From sequence record ON286972: a stretch of DNA of 64,000 nucleotides; one strand, given 5' to 3'. Within the stretch, counting starts at the first letter, position 1, and every line of letters begins with the position of its first letter. Of the stretch, positions 56,241 through 64,000 are shown piece by piece. This DNA comes from Escherichia phage A4. The notes beneath the pieces were generated by a model. It searched no databases and was not told where the DNA came from. It worked only from the letters and a program-made list of their open reading frames with translations. The translations under genes and the position numbers were made by a program.

Positions 56241-59024
56241 ATGACAAAATATAACATAGATAACGTTATACAATTACTTTATGGTCATCATAGATTTTTA
56301 GAAAGAAATACAGGTGATACAGTAGATCCAACAAAACAGCATTACGTAATAAACGATCAAGGTGTATTAGCAAATAACCGTCATTTTATTAATTTCAGTG
56401 CAATGGAAGGTCAACCAAATGGTGACGGGACAACTGAGGGTCAAAGTCTTTTGATCATTGGTTATATCTATGCTTATCTTGCAACTAATGATGAAATGTT
56501 TTTGGATAAAGCTAAGTATTATTGGGACGCATATCACAAATATTTTTATGCTAATAGACAGTTTCCAGATCCACCACGTCCATTACAATGTAACTGGATT
56601 GTGAATGCTAAAGAACCAATACTCGCCAACTGGCCTTTGTCAGATGATGATTGGCCTACTCACGGTGGATTCAAAGGCGTAGAATTTAATTTCATAGATG
56701 GTCAATGTCGTATTCCACATGATGAGCCGTATTATGGACAATTCCTTGATAAAGTTACTTTTGCATTCAAAGGTGCACTTGCATGGAATCAGATTAACGC
56801 GTCAGTACAGGCAATATTACCAGATGGTAGTACTGACTGGGATAACCCTGGTGAACAATATGATGTTGATTGGGTAATTGATTACTTAGGACGTAAAGTA
56901 GATTATAATGGGGATATTATCAGTACTGGACACTATGAGTCAGAAAAAGGAACAGTACAGGTAAAAGACAGAACATTAAATGGTGTTTATAAATTAAACT
57001 TCGCTAATAGACAACCTGTTGAATTTGGTGGTACGTACATCGCACGTAATCAGATGCAACACAACCGTCCATTACATGTTCCTATTACTCTTGACTTTGC
57101 TGATAACGCATCTGATGCTGAATTATGGTTCAGTGATGCTTCTTACTTGTTATATAAAATAACAAAGGAAAGAAAACATTATCTTGGATGGAAATGTTCT
57201 TTACTTACTTGTTATGCATATGGTGACATTGATGCATTTGATAAATTCTTCAGACAAAGTACTAAAGTATCTTCGCCATTTACTGATGGTATTTCATATG
57301 ATTATTTTTATCCAAGTGATGCGATTGCTACATATTCCCGCAACGTTGATGGTTATATCAGAATACGTCAGGAACAAAGTGCACAAAGTACTCTTGAACA
57401 GCAAGCAATATGGTTCAGACTAAATTCTGATTCGAAATTGGTTGTTGATTATGGTGGAATATGTGATGATGGTTCTCCATTAACATTTAAGCCAGTACTT
57501 GACTTATCAAAAACAAAAAGTGATAATGATGCTATAAGATACCGTTGTGGTTTACCACTGAGTACCAGTACTGAAATTAAACACTCTGAAACTCCATTAA
57601 GTGTTTTTGTCCGTGAGAAGAAAGATGATGGTAGCTCTTATATTATGGCTGACAGCCGTTCAGTTGTTGATTATGGGGGAGCCGTATATAAAATGGAATA
57701 TAGTACTGATATTCTTGGTTCCAGAGTTGATACTATATGCGATATCAGTACTGGTGAAGACGGTGGTATAGTTGTAGGATTTTGGTTATTAGATTCAGAA
57801 AAAGCACCTATTAATTCTTTTACATATCGTTCATATGAAGATGATTTTAATATCAGAATCGAAGATGATAATGGATGGCGTTGGTGGTGGATGATTCCTG
57901 CAACACATGGTGAATGGACCACAATAGAATTGAAACCAGAGGATTTACATCTTTCTGGATATCAGCCAAATCACAGCGATGATCCTGACCCAGAAGCCCC
58001 AGTATATAGTGAATTGGAAGATTTCACTCTATTACCCGATACAACACCAATCAATGGAACTGCTAAAATCCAATGGTATTGTATAAATGATATTCCACCA
58101 CTATATACATCCGAAAATGGCGATGACTATACAATGACATTCTCTATTACTGTTTCTGGAACAGCAGCATATTCGGCGTATTTGGGGGATTGTGTAATTA
58201 AAGATTATGAATTAAATTCGTTACGTTACACTCCTGGTACTATTCCATTTTCAAATATTACTGATCCATATGCAAATCAGTACGGTGGGTGGCGTGGACT
58301 ACCATATCCTGGATACCAATACCCAGTAATTTACTGCTTTAAAGACGAACCAGTAGACCATACAAGAATGGGTAATATGTTGGATTTTATGAAAGATTCA
58401 CAAGAATGGTTTACAAACCAATTCGGTACAGTTGGTCCTTGTGCACAGGCATATGTATGGAACCGCTGGGACAACCTCAAATATGGTGAACCTGATACGT
58501 TTACAATGTTACACTGGGGTGATGAAGCATGGAGTGGATATGAACCACGTGCATTCTTTGGTGCGGCTCGTTGCTGGCAAGAATTAGCAGAGCGTGGTGA
58601 AGAACCACCAGTTGAATTGGTTGAGTTCTGTGAGAACTGGATTAACTTTTTAATTCAATTCCAGGATGAAAATGAAGGTCGTTCACCAACAATCTTTAAT
58701 AAAGATGGAACAGTTGAAGGCCCAGCATGGGATTTCACAGGACATATGTGTGGATTGTGGTTGGCAGGTGGTAGTGCATGTGGCTTAGCTGGGTGCAAGA
58801 TTGAACGCTTACCAGAAATGGTTGACAGATTGGTTGATGAATTGCAAAATAACTATGTAATAACAAAACCAGGTTCACCGATGAACGGCTCATGGAGTCC
58901 AGCAGTTCGAGAAGATTCAGACAATGGGATGTTCTTTGGATTTTGGGCTGGTGAAATCATGCGTGGTCTTGGTTTGTACTCAATGTACAGACTGAACTCA
59001 CACAATCGTTATAGTGAATTATAA
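56241..59024 (+). CDS. Large hypothetical protein (927 aa)
   Basis: Track ORF 56190-59024 trimmed to ATG 56241 immediately after the upstream stop. Confidence 0.55.
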   Translation: MTKYNIDNVIQLLYGHHRFLERNTGDTVDPTKQHYVINDQGVLANNRHFINFSAMEGQPNGDGTTEGQSLLIIGYIYAYLATNDEMFLDKAKYYWDAYHKYFYANRQFPDPPRPLQCNWIVNAKEPILANWPLSDDDWPTHGGFKGVEFNFIDGQCRIPHDEPYYGQFLDKVTFAFKGALAWNQINASVQAILPDGSTDWDNPGEQYDVDWVIDYLGRKVDYNGDIISTGHYESEKGTVQVKDRTLNGVYKLNFANRQPVEFGGTYIARNQMQHNRPLHVPITLDFADNASDAELWFSDASYLLYKITKERKHYLGWKCSLLTCYAYGDIDAFDKFFRQSTKVSSPFTDGISYDYFYPSDAIATYSRNVDGYIRIRQEQSAQSTLEQQAIWFRLNSDSKLVVDYGGICDDGSPLTFKPVLDLSKTKSDNDAIRYRCGLPLSTSTEIKHSETPLSVFVREKKDDGSSYIMADSRSVVDYGGAVYKMEYSTDILGSRVDTICDISTGEDGGIVVGFWLLDSEKAPINSFTYRSYEDDFNIRIEDDNGWRWWWMIPATHGEWTTIELKPEDLHLSGYQPNHSDDPDPEAPVYSELEDFTLLPDTTPINGTAKIQWYCINDIPPLYTSENGDDYTMTFSITVSGTAAYSAYLGDCVIKDYELNSLRYTPGTIPFSNITDPYANQYGGWRGLPYPGYQYPVIYCFKDEPVDHTRMGNMLDFMKDSQEWFTNQFGTVGPCAQAYVWNRWDNLKYGEPDTFTMLHWGDEAWSGYEPRAFFGAARCWQELAERGEEPPVELVEFCENWINFLIQFQDENEGRSPTIFNKDGTVEGPAWDFTGHMCGLWLAGGSACGLAGCKIERLPEMVDRLVDELQNNYVITKPGSPMNGSWSPAVREDSDNGMFFGFWAGEIMRGLGLYSMYRLNSHNRYSEL

Positions 59025-59055
59025 GTTGACAACCAACAAACAGTGATATAAACTA

Positions 59056-59087
59056 AGAGAACTTCATGAGAGGTTCTCTTTTTTTTA
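59056..59087 (+). terminator. Rho-independent terminator
   Basis: Hairpin agagaac..gttctct followed by TTTTTTTT. Confidence 0.55.
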
Positions 59088-59099
59088 TAAGGTGAAAAA

Positions 59100-59525
59100 A
59101 TGCTAAACGAACAAATCAAAGACGCACTACGTGTACTGAATCGCGAAGTTAGCCGTATCCATAAAAGTACTGATCGTTATAAAGTAATGCATGAAATTAA
59201 ACTAGAATTAGAAGCTATCAATAAGGGTGAATGGTTCCTTGAACCAGAATACCGTACACGTGAACCATCTGACGTTGAAAAAGCAATTGCAAAATTCATT
59301 TCTGGTCGTTATAGTGATGTATCAGAGAAAGATGTACTGATGAATTTACATTTAACCTCCTTAGAAATTGAAGAAAAATTCAAATTTGATTCACTGGACT
59401 GGGTAGAAATGATCATGGAACTTGAAGATGAATTTAAGGTTGAGATCGAAGATAAGTATGAATCAGGTGATACCAGAATCGTACATCTCGTAGCACATGT
59501 ACAAACAATGATCGATAAACGATAA
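59100..59525 (+). CDS. Hypothetical acidic protein (141 aa)
   Basis: Track ORF. Confidence 0.5.
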   Translation: MLNEQIKDALRVLNREVSRIHKSTDRYKVMHEIKLELEAINKGEWFLEPEYRTREPSDVEKAIAKFISGRYSDVSEKDVLMNLHLTSLEIEEKFKFDSLDWVEMIMELEDEFKVEIEDKYESGDTRIVHLVAHVQTMIDKR

Positions 59526-59570
59526 TTTTCAGCACTCTAAATAATATCATCATCTATAGGAGATATTATT

Positions 59571-59945
59571 ATGAGTGTACTAGATATTATTGTTTCAAAA
59601 GTACTGATACCGTTCTGGAAACCAATTGCGTTTGTTCTCCTGATGGCATCATGTACTTTTGGAGGCTGGAAGGCTAATACTTTTTATACTGGGTATAAAG
59701 AAAGTATTGAATTAAAAATAGAGAAGAAAGTAGATGCGGCTTTAAGTAAAATTGAAAGCCAAAATACCAAAAACTATGTAGAAACTAAACAGATAATGCA
59801 AAATAATGCAAAGGTAATAGAAACTAAAGTACCAGTTATTATTGAGCGTGAAGTGTATAGAAATGTATGTTTAGATGAAGAAGGGGTAAAACTTTTGAAT
59901 GATCTAAAACAAAATTCACTTGCAGCTAGAGAGAAATTTAAATGA
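59571..59945 (+). CDS. Candidate i-spanin (type II membrane protein)
   Basis: N-terminal transmembrane helix then predicted coiled-coil periplasmic region; followed by overlapping lipoprotein gene. Confidence 0.4.
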   Translation: MSVLDIIVSKVLIPFWKPIAFVLLMASCTFGGWKANTFYTGYKESIELKIEKKVDAALSKIESQNTKNYVETKQIMQNNAKVIETKVPVIIEREVYRNVCLDEEGVKLLNDLKQNSLAAREKFK

Positions 59946-60256
59946 AATACATATTAACATTCTTGATTACTTTTATGTTTATCACTGGGTGTTCTAATAA
60001 GGTTCCAGTTCAAGCGTCACCAATAATCACCCAGGAAATATTATTAGAACGATGCGAAGAAGATACACCAATTCCTAAAAAAATTGTTGTTGACTCACAT
60101 GGTAATAGAGGATATGCTGGTGATGAAATTCTTAACGTTCTGACGCGTTGGGATTCCATGTACAATGATTGTGCACTGAGATATGATGCACTAATTGATA
60201 CAATTCGCAAACTCCAAGACCAAAATATTCGTGTTAACATAAAAGTTAAGGAATAG
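59942..60256 (+). CDS. Candidate o-spanin (outer-membrane lipoprotein)
   Basis: Signal peptide with lipobox ITGC; ATGA overlap with the upstream membrane protein gene. Confidence 0.4.
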   Translation: MKYILTFLITFMFITGCSNKVPVQASPIITQEILLERCEEDTPIPKKIVVDSHGNRGYAGDEILNVLTRWDSMYNDCALRYDALIDTIRKLQDQNIRVNIKVKE

Positions 60257-60257
60257 T

Positions 60258-60869
60258 ATGTCTAAATATCATGTTTATTATGTAACCAAATTGAGTTTAC
60301 TAGATGAACTCAATCATACTAGTACCAAAATGAAACGTTATACTTATAATGGTATTACTTTCAGATACTTTCCACAAAAAGTACTAACATTCGTTAAGAA
60401 TTGTAAGTGCATTGCTTGTGGCATCGAGGCTACAGAAGTTCGAATCGAACGTTCCAACTGTAGTGATCCGGTATATGGTAAACCGCATTTAAATGTGTAT
60501 GCAGTATGTGGTCTTTATGAAGTTATGATGACTGTAGATCATAATCATCTTGCATCTAAAGGTGGTGCTGATTTGGAGTCAAACTTTAATACAATGTGTG
60601 CGAGATGTAATCAGTTGCGTTCAAATAAAACTGAAACGGTTGATGAATTCCTTGAGAAAGTCAAAAACCGAAATCTACTTGAAGAACATATGAATCGTTA
60701 TTTCAATAAGATTGAGAAGGAAAGTAAACGTCCTACACCAGAAATGCTCGAAGAACGTAGATTGCGTCAAGAGCTATGGGATAACGATCATCTGTGGCAT
60801 GTTCGTGAGTACGGGCGACACATGAAAGCATTAAAAAAGGCACAAAAGCTGTTGGATAAACATGAGTAA
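60258..60869 (+). CDS. HNH endonuclease
   Basis: CKCIACG ... VDHNHLASKGG ... NTMCARCN: HNH motif with flanking zinc-binding Cys pairs. Confidence 0.75.
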   Translation: MSKYHVYYVTKLSLLDELNHTSTKMKRYTYNGITFRYFPQKVLTFVKNCKCIACGIEATEVRIERSNCSDPVYGKPHLNVYAVCGLYEVMMTVDHNHLASKGGADLESNFNTMCARCNQLRSNKTETVDEFLEKVKNRNLLEEHMNRYFNKIEKESKRPTPEMLEERRLRQELWDNDHLWHVREYGRHMKALKKAQKLLDKHE

Positions 60870-60882
60870 TATGTTATAATAG

Positions 60883-60908
60883 GGACTTGAGAAATCAAGT
60901 CCTTTTTT
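60883..60908 (+). terminator. Rho-independent terminator
   Basis: Hairpin ggacttga-gaaa-tcaagtcc followed by TTTTTT. Confidence 0.6.
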
Positions 60909-60922
60909 AATGGAGAAAATAA

Positions 60923-61279
60923 ATGAAATCAAAAATCTTTTTACCACAGTTAATGTGGCATCTTGCAGAGTTAGATGAAGATGATGTGTATACAGACTAT
61001 GGTGCATGGGATGACAGTACTGAAACCGTTGGTCCAGATGTGCAGTACAAAATCATTTGCAATGAAAGTAAAGGGCATAGACGATTTACTGAAGAATTTG
61101 ATCTTGTTTTTCTTGACATAAACGAGAACAAGTATTATCATTGTACGTATGAACGAGGTTTAACAGAATATCGACCACAACGACCATTCGAGTATGAAAC
61201 GGATGGTGTTAAGTGCAATGAAGTTTCTGTTACCAGAGAAGAAATTATCACTTATAGAACTTTGTGGAAATATGTGTAA
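60923..61279 (+). CDS. Hypothetical protein (118 aa)
   Basis: GGAG RBS. Confidence 0.5.
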   Translation: MKSKIFLPQLMWHLAELDEDDVYTDYGAWDDSTETVGPDVQYKIICNESKGHRRFTEEFDLVFLDINENKYYHCTYERGLTEYRPQRPFEYETDGVKCNEVSVTREEIITYRTLWKYV

Positions 61280-61677
61280 TGCTTAAAGATTTAGATTTTT
61301 CAAACTTAGAAATTGTTAGTGCTGTGAAAAATATCTCTGACATGGGAGACGAAAAGACAGTACTGTTAACTATTACATTTGTCAAAGAAGAAGATAGTTA
61401 TTTACATCTTACAGGTATTGAAGAACTAATTCATAAAACTAATCTACAAGATAATAGGAAGTATATTAAGCTTCAGGCTTCCTATACGAAAAAAACGTCA
61501 AATTTTGTAGACCTAAATAGTGTAGTCAAGGTGGTATTCAATCACCCTGAACAAAAGTACAGAAATGTGTCACGCAATGAGACAGATGCCAGTACTCTAC
61601 AGCTTCTTCAGGATATTGAGTTCATTGAAACAGTATTTGAACGAAGCAGCAAAGAATTGAAAAAAGTTTATATGTAA
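61279..61677 (+). CDS. Hypothetical protein
   Basis: Track ORF 61264-61677 trimmed to ATG 61279 (TAATG overlap). Confidence 0.45.
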   Translation: MLKDLDFSNLEIVSAVKNISDMGDEKTVLLTITFVKEEDSYLHLTGIEELIHKTNLQDNRKYIKLQASYTKKTSNFVDLNSVVKVVFNHPEQKYRNVSRNETDASTLQLLQDIEFIETVFERSSKELKKVYM

Positions 61678-61698
61678 TTGGGACAATACTTTATATTG

Positions 61699-61707
61699 TG
61701 CTATAAT
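61699..61707 (+). promoter_or_regulatory. Extended -10 element TGcTATAAT (candidate promoter for structured element copy 2)
   Basis: TGCTATAAT about 65 nt upstream of the conserved block; weak -35. Confidence 0.35.
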
Positions 61708-61770
61708 TATATTGTAATGGAAAATGTCAGTGGACGTTTTAACAACGGACAAGAAGAACCTACTTCTCTT

Positions 61771-62334
61771 GAAAATGTAAAGGATAGATGAGCCTTCCCA
61801 CTGAGGCGATGAGCAAAAGAAACCCGTTAGTACCATCCAAGTGCATTCATACAAACGCGAAATAAGACACGGATCACACGGCGACACGGCTCAATAAAGA
61901 ACTCCGATAAGCATACAGAGAGTTCCTCGATAGATGTATAAGGATCGCACCTTACCAGATTTGCTAAGGGAGTTTTACTTAAAACAAGCGGTCAATTTTT
62001 CTACGGGAAAGTTGCACCCAAAATTTGAGTAAAACGAGTACTGAATTGATCGAATAGTTCCAGTACTTTAGTGCAGGGGATGAAAATACCTGCGACCGTT
62101 GCATATGACTGCGATAGAGAGAAACAGAGCAACCCGCTTTCGTTCTCCAAAAATTGGACACCCTTGATCCGTCCAAAATATGGAGAAATTCGCAATTCGA
62201 TAAATTCCGATGCCATCAGCGTCAAAATCAAGAACCTTAATTGGTTCTTTTTTAATATCATTCCCCTGCGGGGGGATGAAAATGTCCTCAACAAATCCCG
62301 TCAATCTTTAAAAGTACAATACAATATTAATTAA
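61771..62334 (+). ncRNA. Candidate large structured non-coding RNA, copy 2 of 2
   Basis: Shares ordered conserved blocks with 1185-1653; embedded track ORFs are not conserved in copy 1. Confidence 0.45.
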
Positions 62335-62397
62335 TATGAATGAGTGAGTTATCGTAGATAACGAAACGAATTCTTGAGTTACGAGAGAACGAAGTGA

Positions 62398-62814
62398 ATG
62401 AGTAACGCAACGAATATTAAAAATTCATCTGATTTAACCAAAGAATTGTTTAAAAAGTTTTTTGAGTATCAAATCAATGAAGAGCATGGAATTAAACAGA
62501 ATTACATAAGTACAATAAAAACCAATAATATCCGAACTGAAATCTATGATAGTGTAATCGAATTTATTAATGCATTGAGTACTGAAAGACCTATAGTAGT
62601 TTTGTTTTTTAAACGAGATTATCCAGTACAAGTCAACAGGAATGTTCATTTCATTACAGAAAATGATTTAAGTACTTACACAACGAGTTCTCTTAGGAAT
62701 TGTATACTGATAGTATGTGATGACTCCGAGTATTATAGTAAAGTTGTATGGGATAGAAGACGTAATTCAGTAATAAGAGATATGAATCCCGAATTTACAT
62801 TTCTGATCAAATAA
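62398..62814 (+). CDS. Hypothetical protein (138 aa)
   Basis: Track ORF. Confidence 0.5.
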   Translation: MSNATNIKNSSDLTKELFKKFFEYQINEEHGIKQNYISTIKTNNIRTEIYDSVIEFINALSTERPIVVLFFKRDYPVQVNRNVHFITENDLSTYTTSSLRNCILIVCDDSEYYSKVVWDRRRNSVIRDMNPEFTFLIK

Positions 62815-62825
62815 ATAGACATAGA

Positions 62826-63287
62826 ATGACTCCCTGGAGAGATTTTATGGAAAATATTAACGACTTGCGACATGTTATGGACTTCATTGGCTGTACTGAA
62901 GAAGACAGTGCTTATGATGAAGTACTATTGACATTTATTGAAAACAGCATTATACTACCAGCAATTGCACATAGCTGGCATTTACAAAGTAAACACTACA
63001 CAAAACATCTACAATTAGATGAGTTGTATAAAGAGTTACCAGAATATGTCGATGCGTTCATTGAAGGCATTATGAACACTCGTGGTGCTTTACAAATTGG
63101 TACTGGACACAGTTATAAGTTCACACCAATTGAACAGTGTATTCCGATTCTTGAAGAATACTGTGAACAATGTAAGTACGTTCATGCTATGCTTGAAGAA
63201 GCTGAAGACTATGGCAGTACTAATACCCTTGAAGATATAATGAGTTTCATTGAGGGTACTTTATATAAACTTAAGTATCTTGAATAA
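62826..63287 (+). CDS. Hypothetical acidic protein (153 aa)
   Basis: Track ORF. Confidence 0.5.
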   Translation: MTPWRDFMENINDLRHVMDFIGCTEEDSAYDEVLLTFIENSIILPAIAHSWHLQSKHYTKHLQLDELYKELPEYVDAFIEGIMNTRGALQIGTGHSYKFTPIEQCIPILEEYCEQCKYVHAMLEEAEDYGSTNTLEDIMSFIEGTLYKLKYLE

Positions 63288-63296
63288 TATAAACAT

Positions 63297-63326
63297 GGAG
63301 AGTCATTTTGACTCTCCTTTTCTTTT
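63297..63326 (+). terminator. Rho-independent terminator
   Basis: Hairpin ggagagtc-atttt-gactctcc followed by TTTTCTTTT. Confidence 0.6.
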
Positions 63327-63341
63327 ACTATAAAAAAGAGG

Positions 63342-63701
63342 TTGACTATGAGTGATTATCGCATAACAGCAGGTCTTATTGCACGTTTAGTAGATCCAGT
63401 ACCACGAGAAGATTGGGAATCTATCACTGACCGTCTGTTTCAAGCAGATGTAAACCTTCATATTTCTTATGATGGTATGCTAGTATATAGTACTGATAAA
63501 GATGTTACAATGTACGAGTTTGATATTCTCATTGGAGAACCAAGTGACAGTACAGAATTCAGTACTAAATGTGAACGAGAAGGTCTTTGCATTGATACTT
63601 CTTCTATTAAGCCTTATGTATCTTTATGGTATGATGGTGCTGATAGTCCAATGTCAACTACTGAAATCGGTGATTTCCTGAATGCAAATCAAAAAAATTA
63701 A
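63342..63701 (+). CDS. Hypothetical protein (119 aa)
   Basis: GAGG RBS. Confidence 0.5.
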   Translation: MTMSDYRITAGLIARLVDPVPREDWESITDRLFQADVNLHISYDGMLVYSTDKDVTMYEFDILIGEPSDSTEFSTKCEREGLCIDTSSIKPYVSLWYDGADSPMSTTEIGDFLNANQKN

Positions 63702-63750
63702 ATTCCATCAGCATTGCTCAATTCATGAATGTGATGACTGTGGTATGTGT

Positions 63751-64000
63751 ATGAGTGATATTTTTACAGTTTCCTGTAAAGGATTCAAATTCACACATGG
63801 TGAACCTGCGTATTGTTATGGTACAGAAGAAGGTGATATTGAAGTAGTACTGAAAGAGTTGTTCCAGTACTTGCAAAGTGCAGGGCATGATGTTACAATG
63901 CCCACATATTATGAAGATGAATATGACACTCATGTGGAAGAAAACATTTACTATAATCAATTCGTTTATGGTAATGGTTTTATCACATACCTTCACGAGA
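63751..64000 (+). CDS. 5' part of a gene running off the window end
   Basis: ATG 63751 (MSDIFTVSCKGFKF...) open to the window edge; absent from the track because it has no stop. Confidence 0.35.
   Translation, partial: MSDIFTVSCKGFKFTHGEPAYCYGTEEGDIEVVLKELFQYLQSAGHDVTMPTYYEDEYDTHVEENIYYNQFVYGNGFITYLHE

Noticed and set aside
59026-59054. TTGACA-containing promoter-like sequence right after the 927 aa gene
   Set aside because: The -10 is poor, and a terminator hairpin follows immediately at 59056-59087, so the element would terminate its own transcript.
61979-62334. Track ORFs inside structured element copy 2 (61979-62176 -, 62001-62294 -, 62068-62304 -, 62071-62334 +)
   Set aside because: Mutually overlapping on both strands and not conserved as ORFs in copy 1 although the nucleotide blocks are; more likely produced by the GC-rich non-coding sequence.
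63718-63996. Minus-strand ORF at the window end
   Set aside because: A + strand frame opening at ATG 63751 runs to the window edge and fits the co-directional organisation; the minus ORF has no start context.
1-64000. CRISPR arrays, rRNA or tRNA genes
   Set aside because: No regularly spaced direct repeats, no rRNA-like conserved stretches and no cloverleaf-compatible GTTC-arm sequences noticed in intergenic gaps; a dedicated tRNA scan would still be worthwhile.

Overview
AT-rich, tightly packed segment of a T4-like (Tevenvirinae/Straboviridae-type) myovirus genome: about 100 short, often start/stop-overlapping genes, almost all on the + strand, punctuated by hairpin+T-run terminators and a few sigma70-like and T4-late (TATAAATA) promoters. 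Recognised by direct sequence similarity to T4/E. coli proteins recalled from memory: RNA ligase 1 (rnlA), polynucleotide kinase/phosphatase (pseT), ATP-dependent DNA ligase (gp30-like), dCMP deaminase (cd), anaerobic ribonucleotide reductase NrdD and activase NrdG with a GrcA/YfiD-like stand-alone glycyl-radical protein between them, phage Dam-like N6-adenine methyltransferase, PPP-family phosphatase, ClpP, Sir2, PhoH/PIN and an HNH endonuclease. The strongest unexplained signals are: (1) two divergent copies of a ~0.5 kb GC-enriched, non-coding, apparently structured element (1185-1653 and 61771-62334), each behind an extended -10 promoter and each within about 1 kb of a putative endonuclease gene; (2) a window-wide excess of the palindrome AGTACT/CAGTACTG in coding and non-coding DNA; (3) a minus-strand late-promoter island (27.8-31.0 kb) encoding a Big_2 Ig-repeat protein and two small paralogs of its N-terminal domain, one carrying an in-frame TAG; (4) expanded tandem arrays of ~90 aa paralogs. 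No tRNA, rRNA or CRISPR array was seen. All calls are by eye from the sequence and the ORF track; no database search or folding was run.
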